Shown here: piece by piece, positions 16,677 through 26,857 of the stretch
How positions within the stretch are numbered: position 1 is the first letter of the stretch
Layout of the letters: each line of letters begins with the position of its first letter
From: Burkholderiales bacterium
GTDB lineage: Bacteria; Pseudomonadota; Gammaproteobacteria; Burkholderiales; SG8-39
Assembly: GCA_014860355.1 (NCBI GenBank)
Contig: JACZJV010000050.1
Location: 14,733 to 78,732, forward strand
Length of the DNA stretch: 64,000 nt
Direction of reading: 5' to 3'
Program-made: the position numbers and the translations under genes
The notes under the pieces: generated by a model
What the model was told of the DNA's origin: nothing
Database searches by the model: none
The model's input: the letters and a program-made list of their open reading frames with translations, nothing else

Positions 16677-18431
16677 ATGGCCGAAATCAGCGGTGGCGAA
16701 GTCATCGTACGGATGCTGCAGGCCGAGGGGGTGCAGAAGGTATTCGGCATTATCGACGGCACTTATTTCGGTTTCTATGCCAGTCTGCGCAGCCACGGCA
16801 TCGACCTCGTCACGCCGCGCCACGAAACCAGCGCGGTGCACATGGCCGGCGCGTATGCGCGCTTGAGCGGCAGGCTCGGCGTATGCATGGCATCGAACGG
16901 TCCCGGCGTGGCCAACGCGCTGCCCGGCATCGCAGTGGAGCAGGCCGAAGGCAACCGCGTGCTGGTGGTCACCTCCTGCCGCCGCCCCGGCATCGCCTAT
17001 CCCGACCGCGGCGGCAGCTACCAGTGTTTCGACCAGTCCGGGGTGATCGGGAAAATGGCGAAATGGAGCTGCGTGATTGCCTCGTTCGAGCGCATTGCCG
17101 AACTCGTGCGCATGGCGCTGCGCAAGTCCTGGGAAGGCCGCCCGGGTGTGGTGCACATCGACGTGCCCGAGAACATCATGAACACCAGGGTGAAGGCCGA
17201 GCCGGCGTACTGGGCGCCGCACCAGTACCGGCGCACTAGCCCGACGGCGCCTGCGCCCGAACTGGTCGAGCGCGCCACCGACATGCTGATCGCGGCCGAG
17301 CAGCCGCTGATCCACGCGGGCAGCGGCATCATCCATGCAGCCGCGTACGCGGAGCTGGCCCAGGTGGCCGAACTCCTGTGCGCGCCGGTGAGCACCAGCT
17401 GGTCGGCGCGCGGCGTGCTCTCCGAGACCTCGGAACTCGCGCTGCCGATGATCCACGTCAAGCTGAACCAACTGGCGCGCAACGACGCCGATCTGGTGCT
17501 GGCGCTGGGCACGCGCCTGGGCGAGACCGACTGGTGGGGCAAAGCGCCTTACTGGCGCCATCCGTCGAAGCAGAAAACGATCCAGGTCGACGCGGACGGC
17601 GAGATGCTCGGCATGAACAAGCCCGCCGACCTCGCAATCCTTGCGGATGCCAAGCTGTTTCTTGCGGCGCTGGCGCTGCGCCTCGCGGCGAGGAAGGGTG
17701 AGATCCGCAGTGATGCGCGGCAGAGGAACATCGCGCGCTACAACGAGACCAAACAGCGCGACCGCAAAGGCTGGGACCGCGCGCTTGCAGATCGCTCGGC
17801 GCCGATGAACCCGGCGCATGTCGCCAGCGTGTGCCGCGACTTCTTTCCCGACGACGCGATCCTCGTGGCCGACGGCGGCAACACCACCATCTGGGCGAGC
17901 TTCTATCACCAGATGCGCGTGCCGAACACGCTGCTCTCGACGTTCAAGTTCGGCATGCTCGGCGCAGGCGTGGCGCAGGCGCTGGGCGCCGCGGTGGCGT
18001 TCCCCGGGCGGCAGGTGGTGTGCATCATCGGCGACGGCGCGATGGGCTTTCATCCGCAGGAAATCGAGACTGCGGTGAGGAACAAGCTCCAAGTGGTCTA
18101 TCTGGTGCTGTGCGACCGCGCCTGGGGCATGGTGAAAATCAACCAGTCCTTCGCCCTGAGGCCGATCAAGACGCTGCTGAAGAAACACCTGGATCCGGAC
18201 GAGAACATCGGCACGGATCTGGGCGAAATCGAATTCGACAAACTGGCGCTGTCGATGGGCGCGCACGGCGAGCGCGTGTCAGATCCGAAGGAACTCAAGC
18301 CCGCGCTCGAGCGCTGCCGCGCAAGCGGCCGCTGCGCCGTCATACATGTGGACGTGAATCCGGTAAAGCACATGTGGGCGCCGGGACTGGTCCACTTCAA
18401 GGACATGCACCAGGAACCCAAAGGGAAGTAG
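16677..18431 (+). CDS. thiamine diphosphate-binding protein, acetolactate synthase large subunit-like
   Basis: 584 aa with three-domain ThDP architecture. Motif GDGAMGFHPQEIETAVRNKLQVVYLVLCDRAWG (GDG...N-type variant). Confidence 0.85.
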   Translation: MAEISGGEVIVRMLQAEGVQKVFGIIDGTYFGFYASLRSHGIDLVTPRHETSAVHMAGAYARLSGRLGVCMASNGPGVANALPGIAVEQAEGNRVLVVTSCRRPGIAYPDRGGSYQCFDQSGVIGKMAKWSCVIASFERIAELVRMALRKSWEGRPGVVHIDVPENIMNTRVKAEPAYWAPHQYRRTSPTAPAPELVERATDMLIAAEQPLIHAGSGIIHAAAYAELAQVAELLCAPVSTSWSARGVLSETSELALPMIHVKLNQLARNDADLVLALGTRLGETDWWGKAPYWRHPSKQKTIQVDADGEMLGMNKPADLAILADAKLFLAALALRLAARKGEIRSDARQRNIARYNETKQRDRKGWDRALADRSAPMNPAHVASVCRDFFPDDAILVADGGNTTIWASFYHQMRVPNTLLSTFKFGMLGAGVAQALGAAVAFPGRQVVCIIGDGAMGFHPQEIETAVRNKLQVVYLVLCDRAWGMVKINQSFALRPIKTLLKKHLDPDENIGTDLGEIEFDKLALSMGAHGERVSDPKELKPALERCRASGRCAVIHVDVNPVKHMWAPGLVHFKDMHQEPKGK

Positions 18432-19405
18432 TGGATGCGCCGCGGGTACTGGTGACGGGGGCGGCCGGTTATCTCGGCAGCCAGCTGATCGCGGCCCTTG
18501 CGGCCGACCCGATGCGCAAGCCCGCGGTGCTGGTGGCCATGGACCTGCGCGAGCTTGCGCCCGAGGAACGCCTGGCGGACGTGATCTATGAAACCGCCGA
18601 CATACGCATACCCGATCTGGGTGCGCTGCTCAAGCGCCATGCGATCGACACGGTGGTGCACCTCGCCTCCATCGTCACGCCGGGCAGGCAAAGCCGGCGC
18701 GAATTCGAGTACTCGGTCGACGTGCTGGGAACCGGGAATCTGCTGCGCGCCTGCGTCGCCGCGGCGGTGCGAAAAATCATCGTGTCCTCCAGCGGCGCGG
18801 CCTACGGCTATCACGCCGACAATCCGGCCTGGATCAGCGAGGATGCGCCGGTGCGCGGCAACCGCGAGTTCGCCTATTCCTGGCACAAGCGCCTGGTCGA
18901 AGAAATGCTCGCCGACTACCGCGTGCAGGCGCCGCAGCTTGCGCAGGTGGTGTTCCGCATAGGCACCGTCCTCGGCGAGACGGTGCGCAATCAGATCACC
19001 GACCTGTTCGACAAACCGCGGCTGATTGCAATCCGCGGTTCGGACAGCCCTTTCGTGTTCATCTGGGACCAGGACGTGGTCGGCTGCATGCTGCATGCGG
19101 TGCATTCGGAGCAGGCCGGCGTCTACAATGTCGCCGGCGACGGCGCCATGCGCATACATGAGATCGCCGCGCGCCTGGACAAGCGCTGTGTGGTCCTGCC
19201 CGCATGGCTGCTGCGCTCGGCGCTGGCGCTGCTCAAGCCCCTGGGGCTGACGCAGTACGGACCGGAGCAGGTGAATTTCCTGCGCTATCGACCGGTGCTG
19301 TCCAACCGCCGGCTGAAGGAACATTTCGGCTACGTGCCGAAGAAGACCACAACCGAGGTGTTCGAGTTCTACCTTGCCGCGCGCGAGCGCCGGGGCGGTT
19401 TGTGA
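18431..19405 (+). CDS. NAD-dependent epimerase/dehydratase family protein
   Basis: GTG 18431 shares one base with the upstream TAG. N-terminal VLVTGAAGYLGSQL Rossmann motif; YxxxK present (YSWHK). Confidence 0.8.
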   Translation: MDAPRVLVTGAAGYLGSQLIAALAADPMRKPAVLVAMDLRELAPEERLADVIYETADIRIPDLGALLKRHAIDTVVHLASIVTPGRQSRREFEYSVDVLGTGNLLRACVAAAVRKIIVSSSGAAYGYHADNPAWISEDAPVRGNREFAYSWHKRLVEEMLADYRVQAPQLAQVVFRIGTVLGETVRNQITDLFDKPRLIAIRGSDSPFVFIWDQDVVGCMLHAVHSEQAGVYNVAGDGAMRIHEIAARLDKRCVVLPAWLLRSALALLKPLGLTQYGPEQVNFLRYRPVLSNRRLKEHFGYVPKKTTTEVFEFYLAARERRGGL

Positions 19406-19551
19406 CGCAGCGCTTGCGTGCCGGGATGGATGCGCGGACCTGAGGCAAAGCCGCGGCATTTGCGATCCGGCGACTGCCCCGGCCTGGCCGATGGTGGTAT
19501 ATTGAGAACCGTTCCTGTTGCACAGGCAGTTGCCGCGCCTCCCCGATTGCA

Positions 19552-22500
19552 TTGAATCAGAGTCGCGGCCGCGAACCCGGCTGGAGGGGGTTCGCAAGCA
19601 GAGTGAAGATAGGCCCGGGTCATTTGATTCTTCTGAACCACCGTCTTTCGATACGCAGCCAATTGCTGGTGCTGGTGCTGTTCGTGGTGCTGGCGTCGGT
19701 GGCGTTTACCGCATGGCACATCGCCGACGACGCGCGGCAGGCGCGCGAGGCCGCCTACGCCAGGGTGAGCCTGGTTGCCGACGAGATCGCGAAACAACTT
19801 GAACTGACGCTACGCGATCATGAAGTCATGCTCGGTCTGGTTGCCGCGGAATTCCGCGGCAACCCGCCGGTGCGCGCGCCGCGCTTCGATCCCGAACAGT
19901 TCGTGCGCAACCGCCCGCAGCTCGCCAATCTCGGCGTGCGCGATCTGCAGGCCAACAACATTTACTCGCATCGGCCCAACCCGACCCCGCCTGAAGCTGC
20001 GCTGAAGTTTCCGTGGGTGGCGCAGGGGCTGCGCAGCGAATCGTTTGCGGCAGGCAATGCCTTCCTCGGCACTTTGAGCGGCCGCTGGGTTACTGTGCTG
20101 ACCTACCCGGTGCGCGACGCGGAGGGCAGGCGCTCCGGCTTCGTCAATCTTTCGCTTGAATTGCTCACGCTCAATCGCAGAGCGTTTGCCTCCGTCCCGA
20201 AGAATGCCCTCGTATCCGTGTTTGACGGCGAAGGCCGGTTTCTGCTGCGCTCCGCCGATCCCGAGTCCTGGATAGGCAAAGCGCTGGGCAGCGCACAGGC
20301 GCAGGCAATGCAGGCTGTGCGCGCGGGCACATTTACCGCGCGCGGCGAGGACGGCGTATCCCGCGTCTACGCCGGTGTCATGGTGCCGGGCGCGGGCTGG
20401 CGCGTGGTGGCCGGGCTGCCCGAGAGCGAGGTGTTCGCCGACTACCGCGACACACTGATGCACAGCATCGCCATCGGCCTTGCCGCGCTGCTGCTGGTGC
20501 TGGCGTTCGCACGGCGCATCAGCCAGGCTATCGCCCGGCCGATACACGAACTTGCCGGGGCAGTTGACAAAATCTCCAGGGGCGAGCACGAAGTACGCGC
20601 GCGGGTCGAAGGATCTACCGAAATCGATCAGGTGGCACGCGAGTTCAATCGCATGCTCGATGCGCTGGAACGCCAGCGCGAGGAGCGCGCCGCGCTGGTA
20701 CGCCATATCGAAAAGCAGTTCCAGCTGGCGCGCGATGTCATCCTGCTGATCGATCCCGAGGGCAATATCGTCCAGGCGAACAACGCCGCCGTCGCCGCCT
20801 ACGGTTACAGCGCCGACGAACTCCAGGGAATGAACATACGCAGCTTGCGCTCGGAGGAGACGCTGTCCGAGATCGAACGCGACTGGCAGTCCACGGCCGG
20901 CAAGGAGGGCGTATTGTTCGAGACCCTGCACCGGCGCCGCGACGGCAGCGTATTTCCGGTGGAAGTCAGCGGGCGCACGATAGACATCGAAGGCAGGTCC
21001 TACCGGCAAAGCTTAATCCGCGATATCAGCCAGCGCCATGCAGCCGAGGCGAAAATCAGGCGGCTGAATACTGCATACGCGACGCTGAGCGCAACCAACG
21101 AGGCGATCGTGCGGCTGCACGATGCGAGCGAACTGTTCCCGCGCATCTGCCGCATAGCCGTCGAATACGGACAATTTGCGGGCGCCTGGGTCGGCATCGT
21201 CGATGAAAAGACCCGGCAGCTGGTGCCGGCGGCATTCGACGGCAACATCGGGGACTACCTGCAGCGGATCAGGATAAGCACCGATTCCGCGCAGCCGGAG
21301 GGCCGGGGGCCGATGGCACTCGCACTGCGCGCAGGTCAGGCGTACTACTGCCAGGACTTCCAGGCCGATCCGGCTACCGAACCCTGGCAGGCGCAGGCGG
21401 CGCAGTTCGGCATACGCTCGGTGGCCGCGCTGCCCTTGCGCCGCGCCGGTGCCGTGATCGGCACGCTCAACCTGTATTGCGCCGAACCCCGCATATTCGA
21501 TGCCGAGACGCGCGCGCTGCTCGAAGAAATGAGCGCGGACATCAGTTTCGCGCTCGACAATTTCGAACGCGAAGCCGCGCGCCGGCAGGCCGAAGCGCAA
21601 TTGTCGCAGAGCGAGGCGCGTTTTCGCAGCATCATCGAAACCGCGCACGACGCGTTCATCCTTGTCGGCAGCCGCGGTGAACTGCTGGATACGAACCAGG
21701 CCAGCTGCGAGCTCACGGGATACGGCCGAGAAGAATTGCTGAAAATGTCGCTGCGCGATCTCGAGGCGATAGAAACCGAAGAGGAGATCGCCAAGACCAC
21801 CGCGCAAGTCATCGCGGCGGGCCACGCCCGCTTCGAGCGCGCCTGGAGGCGCAAGGACGGGCGGGTGCTGAACGTCGAAATCAGCACGACCCACGCGGGA
21901 GCGGAGCGCGGCGGATACTTCTTCTCTTTCGTTCACAACATCACCGAGCGCAAGCAGGCGGAACAGGCGCTGCGCGACGGCGAGGAGCGCTTTCGCGGCA
22001 TGCTCGAGCAAAACGTCTCGGCCATGTTCCTGCTCGAGGACGGCGTGCTTACCTACGTCAACCAGCGCGCAGCCGAGATCCTGGGCCATAGGGCAGCGGA
22101 ACTGATCGGAAAGACCATGCTCGATGTGGTCGCCGAAGCCGATCAGGCGGACGTGGCCGAGGCGATGCGGCAACTGTTGTCCGGGGAACGCAAGAGTGCG
22201 GAGCGCAGCTTCGGTGTGCGGCGCAAGGACGGAAGCCTGGCCGAACTGGGGGCGCACGCAAGCGTCGCCACGCTGCAGGGGAAAAAAGTGATCCTGGGCA
22301 TTGCGCAGGACATAGGCGAGCGCAAGAAGGCGCAGCTGGAGATCAACCGCTATATCGAACGCCTGGAGCATTCCATGGAGTCGACGCTCCAGGCCGTGTC
22401 GGGCATGGTGGAACTGCGCGATCCCTATACCGCAGGGCATGAGCTTCGCGTGGGCGAGCTCGCCGCGGCCATAGGTAAGGAAATGGGCCTGCCTGAAGCC

Positions 22501-22944
22501 AAAATCAAGGGACTGCGCCTCACCGGCTACGTGCATGACATCGGCAAGATCAGCGTGCCGGCGGAGTTATTGAGCAAGCCCGGGCGGCTGACACCGATGG
22601 AGTTCGAATTGATCAAGGGCCACAGCCAGAGCGGCTACGAGGTGCTCAAGGATGCGGATTTTCCCTGGCCGGTGGCCAAGGTCATCTTGCAGCACCACGA
22701 GCGCATCGACGGCAGCGGCTATCCCGGCGGGCTGAAGGACGGCGAGATCATACTCGAGGCACGCATCATGGCGGTGGCCGACGTGCTCGAAGCGATGTCT
22801 TCCCACCGGCCGTACCGGCCGGGCCTGGGCCTGGAAGCCGCGCTGGACGAAATCGCCAGGAACAGCGGCAAGTCCTACGACCCGCAGGTCGCCGCGGCCT
22901 GTTTGCGGCTGTTTCGGGAAAAGGGTTACGCGCTGCCCGAATAG
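19552..22944 (+). CDS. membrane sensor: Cache-like periplasmic domain, HAMP, PAS, GAF, PAS, PAS, HD-GYP phosphodiesterase
   Basis: Two TM segments flank a ~240-aa periplasmic region. A HAMP follows (IARPIHELAGAVDKISRGE). PAS blocks carry PAC-like ends and a GAF is present (IGTLNLYCAEP). The C-terminus has HD-GYP motifs GYVHDIGK, HHERIDGSGYPGG. Start is uncertain (TTG 19552 or GTG 19603). Confidence 0.85.
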   Translation: MNQSRGREPGWRGFASRVKIGPGHLILLNHRLSIRSQLLVLVLFVVLASVAFTAWHIADDARQAREAAYARVSLVADEIAKQLELTLRDHEVMLGLVAAEFRGNPPVRAPRFDPEQFVRNRPQLANLGVRDLQANNIYSHRPNPTPPEAALKFPWVAQGLRSESFAAGNAFLGTLSGRWVTVLTYPVRDAEGRRSGFVNLSLELLTLNRRAFASVPKNALVSVFDGEGRFLLRSADPESWIGKALGSAQAQAMQAVRAGTFTARGEDGVSRVYAGVMVPGAGWRVVAGLPESEVFADYRDTLMHSIAIGLAALLLVLAFARRISQAIARPIHELAGAVDKISRGEHEVRARVEGSTEIDQVAREFNRMLDALERQREERAALVRHIEKQFQLARDVILLIDPEGNIVQANNAAVAAYGYSADELQGMNIRSLRSEETLSEIERDWQSTAGKEGVLFETLHRRRDGSVFPVEVSGRTIDIEGRSYRQSLIRDISQRHAAEAKIRRLNTAYATLSATNEAIVRLHDASELFPRICRIAVEYGQFAGAWVGIVDEKTRQLVPAAFDGNIGDYLQRIRISTDSAQPEGRGPMALALRAGQAYYCQDFQADPATEPWQAQAAQFGIRSVAALPLRRAGAVIGTLNLYCAEPRIFDAETRALLEEMSADISFALDNFEREAARRQAEAQLSQSEARFRSIIETAHDAFILVGSRGELLDTNQASCELTGYGREELLKMSLRDLEAIETEEEIAKTTAQVIAAGHARFERAWRRKDGRVLNVEISTTHAGAERGGYFFSFVHNITERKQAEQALRDGEERFRGMLEQNVSAMFLLEDGVLTYVNQRAAEILGHRAAELIGKTMLDVVAEADQADVAEAMRQLLSGERKSAERSFGVRRKDGSLAELGAHASVATLQGKKVILGIAQDIGERKKAQLEINRYIERLEHSMESTLQAVSGMVELRDPYTAGHELRVGELAAAIGKEMGLPEAKIKGLRLTGYVHDIGKISVPAELLSKPGRLTPMEFELIKGHSQSGYEVLKDADFPWPVAKVILQHHERIDGSGYPGGLKDGEIILEARIMAVADVLEAMSSHRPYRPGLGLEAALDEIARNSGKSYDPQVAAACLRLFREKGYALPE

Positions 22945-23093
22945 CCTGCAGGTCCAGGGCCATTGCAGAACTGCCGCAACGGCCACGGGTTCAGCGGGGC
23001 ACGGGGGCGATGCCCTCAAGGCAAGCACCGGCCGGGGATAGGCCCTACTCAAAACGGGCCCCTGGGTCGGTGCAGCGGCGCTCGCGTTAGTCG

Positions 23094-23534
23094 TCAGCGC
23101 TGGCCGAGTTCGGTCACTTCGCCTCTGACCTGGGTCGATTTGCCGCGGAACAGCGCCACGAGCTCGCCTTTCTGGTTCTCGACGCGGATGTCGTACACGC
23201 CGTTGCGGCCCTCCAGCCCCTGTTCCCGCCCGCTCGCCGTGAGCAGGTCGCCTACATGGGCCGGGCGCAGGTATTCGATCACGCAGGTGACCGCGACTGC
23301 GTTCCGGTTGTGGCTGTTGCAGGCGTAGGCGAAGGTCGAGTCCGCCAGCGTATAGATCAGCCCGCCATGGCAGGTGTCGTGCACGTTGGCCATGTCCTCG
23401 CGCACCGCCATCTGCATGCTCGCCGAGCCCGGGCCCACTTCGAGCAGCTTCATGCCCAGGGCGAGCGATGCGCGGTCGCGCGCCTGCATTGCCGCGGCGG
23501 CGGCTTCGGCCAGTTGTTGCGCTGTTCTATGCAT
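23094..23534 (-). CDS. paaI: hotdog-fold thioesterase, PaaI family
   Basis: Internal ATG (MHRTAQQ). Motif NVHDTCHGGLIYTLADSTF is typical of PaaI/4HBT class II thioesterases. Confidence 0.8.
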   Translation of the reverse strand: MHRTAQQLAEAAAAAMQARDRASLALGMKLLEVGPGSASMQMAVREDMANVHDTCHGGLIYTLADSTFAYACNSHNRNAVAVTCVIEYLRPAHVGDLLTASGREQGLEGRNGVYDIRVENQKGELVALFRGKSTQVRGEVTELGQR

Positions 23535-23611
23535 GGCGAAAGTCGAAAATTGAGGTTTCAGAGCATACACCAAGCGCAGTAAAATGAGCGCTTTGCGGCA
23601 GGCTCCCCCCC

Positions 23612-24229
23612 ATGGTCAAAGTCTATTCCATCGACGGCCTCACGCCGGTGGTACACCGCGAGGCCTATGTGCATCCGAGCGCGGTGCTGATCGGCGATGT
23701 GCACGTGGGCGCGGGCGTATACATCGGGCCTTCGGCCAGCCTGCGCGGTGATTTCGGACGCCTGCTGGTCGAGGCCGGCGCCAACATCCAGGACTGCTGC
23801 ATCGTGCACGGTTTTCCCGAGTCGGACACGGTGATCGAGGAGGACGGCCACATCGGCCACGGCGCCGTCATCCACGGCGCGCGCATCTGCCGCAGGGCCC
23901 TGGTCGGCATGAACGCGGTGGTCAATGACAACGCCGTGGTGGGCGAGTCGGCCTTTGTCGCCGCGATGGCCTTCGTCAAGGCGGGGATGCGGGTGCCGCC
24001 GCGCACGCTGGTGGCGGGCATACCGGCAAAAGTGCTGCGTGATCTGAGCGCCGATGAAATGGCGTGGAAGGCGGACGCGACGCGCCTGTACCAGAACCTC
24101 GCCGTGCGCAGCCTCGCGAGCATGCGCGAAACAGTGGCGCTGACCGAGGCCGAGCCCGGGCGCAAGCGGCTTGCGCTGGAGGAAGTGCTGCCGCTGTCGG
24201 TGTGGAAGAATCGCAAGGCCGGCGCCTGA
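23612..24229 (+). CDS. hexapeptide-repeat gamma-carbonic-anhydrase-like protein (PaaY-like)
   Basis: Left-handed beta-helix repeats ([23 protein letters not shown]...). Divergent from the paaI-like gene. Confidence 0.8.
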   Translation: MVKVYSIDGLTPVVHREAYVHPSAVLIGDVHVGAGVYIGPSASLRGDFGRLLVEAGANIQDCCIVHGFPESDTVIEEDGHIGHGAVIHGARICRRALVGMNAVVNDNAVVGESAFVAAMAFVKAGMRVPPRTLVAGIPAKVLRDLSADEMAWKADATRLYQNLAVRSLASMRETVALTEAEPGRKRLALEEVLPLSVWKNRKAGA

Positions 24230-24263
24230 GGGCGCCGCCAGGAGCCGGCGATACACATTCCGT

Positions 24264-25031
24264 ATGAGCCATCCATCCATAGCTGAAATCAACGCCGGAT
24301 TCGCCGCGCGCCTGCGCGCCCGGGAAATCCTGCTGGGCAGCATCATCGCGCTCCCCTGCGCCGAGGTGGCGGAGCTTTTCTCGCGCGCCGGTTTCGACTG
24401 GCTGCTCATCGACACCGAGCATGCGCCGCTCGATCCCCTGGCCGCGCAGGGCCTGCTGCAGGCGGCGCGCTGCCCCTGCCTGGTGCGCGTGCCCGCGGGC
24501 GAAGAGGCGCAGATCAAGAAGGCGCTGGACATAGGCGCGGCCGGCGTGGTGGTGCCGCAGGTGAATACCGCCGCGGACGCGCAGCGCATCGTGCGCTACT
24601 GCCGCTACCCGCCGCGCGGCAGCCGCGGCGTGGGCATCGTACGCGCTCAGGGCTACGGGCTGGATTTCCAGGAATACGTGGCGCTCGCCAACGACCATGT
24701 CATCGTCATGCTGCAGATAGAGCACATCGACGCGGTGAACAACATCGAATCCATCGTGCGCGTGCCCGGCGTGGATGCGCTGATGATCGGGCCCTACGAT
24801 CTGTCCGGAACCATGGGCAAGCTGGGCCAGGTGAACGACCCCGAGGTCGAGCAGGCGATCGAAACGGTGCGCGTGGCCTGTGCGGCCGCGGGCATGCCGC
24901 TGGCGATCTTTGCCGCCACTGCCGAAGGGATGAAGCCCTATATCGGCAAGGGCTACACGCTGCCCATCGCCGGGATGGACCTGATGCTGCTTGCGGCGGC
25001 CGCGCGCGGCATGGTGCAGGCGTTGAAATGA
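24264..25031 (+). CDS. HpcH/HpaI aldolase family protein
   Basis: Internal ATG (MSHPSIAE). FDWLLIDTEHAP, RVP...IKKALDIGA and GPYDLS motifs of class II pyruvate aldolases. Confidence 0.85.
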   Translation: MSHPSIAEINAGFAARLRAREILLGSIIALPCAEVAELFSRAGFDWLLIDTEHAPLDPLAAQGLLQAARCPCLVRVPAGEEAQIKKALDIGAAGVVVPQVNTAADAQRIVRYCRYPPRGSRGVGIVRAQGYGLDFQEYVALANDHVIVMLQIEHIDAVNNIESIVRVPGVDALMIGPYDLSGTMGKLGQVNDPEVEQAIETVRVACAAAGMPLAIFAATAEGMKPYIGKGYTLPIAGMDLMLLAAAARGMVQALK

Positions 25032-25123
25032 TGTTTTCCGTACCGTTTTCTGACGACAGTCGTATGCGGCCGGAAGGCTTGCGCGCTGCGCCGCGAAGCA
25101 AGTCCTCCCGGGGGACGCGCGCC

Positions 25124-25174
25124 AACCGTGGTTTCTGTACGGATGAAAAGCGCATCCGTACAGAAACCACGGTT
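25124..25174. repeat. perfect 22-bp-stem inverted repeat (hairpin) in the hpcH-ech intergenic region
   Basis: AACCGTGGTTTCTGTACGGATG - aaaagcg - CATCCGTACAGAAACCACGGTT. No U-tract follows. A second, smaller hairpin (GCGCGGACG-gcttct-CGTCCGCGC) lies at about 25263-25286. Confidence 0.8.
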
Positions 25175-25372
25175 ACGGTTAACCCCGAATACAGCGCGGG
25201 GGTTTTGTACAAGATCGCCAATTGCGTGCGGACAGGGTCATCGTCCGTGCGCAATCGGCGATCCGCGCGGACGGCTTCTCGTCCGCGCATCATCGCTACT
25301 CGGCGATAGAGGCGGCGCAGTTGCGGTCGCCATGGATCTCACGATTTTCAATCTTCTTCACGAGGCACCGCA

Positions 25373-26149
25373 ATGTCATACGAAAGCATCCTGGTTGAAA
25401 CCCGCGGCCGCGTAGGCCTGATCACGCTGAACCGCCCCAAGGCGATGAATGCGCTCAACGATGCGCTCATGGACGAGCTCGGCGATGCGCTGGCGAAATT
25501 CGACGCCGACGAGAACATCGGCTGTGTGGTGATCACCGGCAGCGACAAGGCTTTCGCCGCCGGCGCCGACATCGGCGCGATGAAGGACTGGAGCTACATG
25601 GATGTGTACAAGAGCGAGTACATCACGCGCAACTGGGAGCGCTTGCGCTCGGTGAGAAAGCCGGTCATCGCCGCGGTCGCGGGCTACGCCCTCGGCGGCG
25701 GCTGTGAACTGTCGATGATGTGCGATTTCACCATCGCCGCGGAGACGGCGAAGTTCGGCCAGCCCGAGATCAAGCTCGGCGTGATACCCGGCGCGGGAGG
25801 CACGCAGCGCCTGCCGCGCGCGGTATCGAAGTCCAAGGCGATGGACATGGTTCTGACCGCGCGCATGATGGACGCAGCCGAAGCCGAGCGCGCCGGACTG
25901 GTGTCGCGCGTGGTGCCGGCGGACAAGCTGCTCGAAGAGGCCTTCGCCGCCGCCAACCAGATCTGCGAATACTCGCTGCCCGTCGTGATGGCGGCCAAGG
26001 AATCGGTCAACCGCGCTTATGAAAGTACGCTCAACGAAGGCATACTGTTCGAGCGGCGCGTGTTCCATTCGCTGTTCGCCACCGAGGACCAGAAGGAGGG
26101 CATGGCGGCTTTCGTCGAGAAGCGCAAGCCGAAGTTCAAGCACAGGTAA
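25373..26149 (+). CDS. enoyl-CoA hydratase (crotonase family)
   Basis: 258 aa with the classic short-chain ECH pattern: [49 protein letters not shown]. Confidence 0.9.
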   Translation: MSYESILVETRGRVGLITLNRPKAMNALNDALMDELGDALAKFDADENIGCVVITGSDKAFAAGADIGAMKDWSYMDVYKSEYITRNWERLRSVRKPVIAAVAGYALGGGCELSMMCDFTIAAETAKFGQPEIKLGVIPGAGGTQRLPRAVSKSKAMDMVLTARMMDAAEAERAGLVSRVVPADKLLEEAFAAANQICEYSLPVVMAAKESVNRAYESTLNEGILFERRVFHSLFATEDQKEGMAAFVEKRKPKFKHR

Positions 26150-26230
26150 GCAGTCTTCGACCAAAGTCGCAGCACGCGCATTCGAGCGACGCTGCGGCGA
26201 TCGCCTCCGGCTTTATTGCCGCCGCCGCGC

Positions 26231-26857
26231 CTATCTGGACACACCCAGGCCCTGCATGAATCGGCCCCGGATCTTGGCCGCGTCACGCTCGGTCACACCG
26301 GCAGGCGGCTGCGCATCGGTGCGCGCCGCGATGAACCAGGGACCCTCTGCCTTCAGCGCGGCATCGACCAGCCGGTCATAGTGCGCCTCGTCCGCCGCCC
26401 AGGCGCTCTGCGCCAGGCCCGCGCCCTTCGCCATCGCGACCAGGTCGGTGCGGTAGGACGTGAGCGTAGGCTGCGAGCCCGTGATCTGATAGACGCCGTT
26501 GTCGAACACGACGATCGCCAGATTTTTCGGGGCATGCATCGCGACGGTGCCTAGCGCCCCCAGCTGCATCAACAGCGAACCGTCGCCCTCGAGCGCAAAC
26601 ACCCGGCGCTGCGGCTGGGCCAGCGCGACGCCGAATGCGATCGGCACGGCCAGGCCCATGCTGCCGAGCATGTAGAAGTTCTGCGGCCGCTGGCCGCTCG
26701 CCCAAAGGTCGAAGTGGGTGTGGCCTATCCCGCCGACGACAGCCTCTTCGTGAACCAGCTTTTCCACCAGGCGCCGGCACAGATCCGAGCGGTTCATCAG
26801 TTTTGCGCTGTCGCGGCTGGCCGATTTCATTTCATTTGCAGGCATGGTGGTCCTCAT
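26231..26857 (-). CDS. ThDP-dependent decarboxylase, beta subunit (second, divergent copy)
   Basis: ATG 26857 overlaps the alpha stop (ATGA). ThDP motif GDGSLLMQLGALGTVAMHAPKNLAIVVFDNGVY. Confidence 0.8.
   Translation of the reverse strand: MRTTMPANEMKSASRDSAKLMNRSDLCRRLVEKLVHEEAVVGGIGHTHFDLWASGQRPQNFYMLGSMGLAVPIAFGVALAQPQRRVFALEGDGSLLMQLGALGTVAMHAPKNLAIVVFDNGVYQITGSQPTLTSYRTDLVAMAKGAGLAQSAWAADEAHYDRLVDAALKAEGPWFIAARTDAQPPAGVTERDAAKIRGRFMQGLGVSR

Noticed and set aside
16329-18266. 645-aa ORF antisense to the ThDP enzyme gene.
   Set aside because: It is a shadow ORF. The plus strand carries the ThDP-binding motifs.
19810-22536. Two long minus-strand ORFs (19810..21009 and 21013..22536) opposite the HD-GYP sensor gene.
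   Set aside because: They are shadow ORFs. The plus strand encodes coherent HAMP/PAS/GAF/HD-GYP modules.
25028-25309. 93-aa ORF that starts with an ATGA overlap on the hpcH stop.
   Set aside because: Its codon third positions are frequently A/T (gta, ttt, tct, agt, cgt, gaa, aca, gtt...), unlike every confident gene here. The translation is basic and low-complexity, and it runs through the 22-bp hairpin. It is treated as non-coding.
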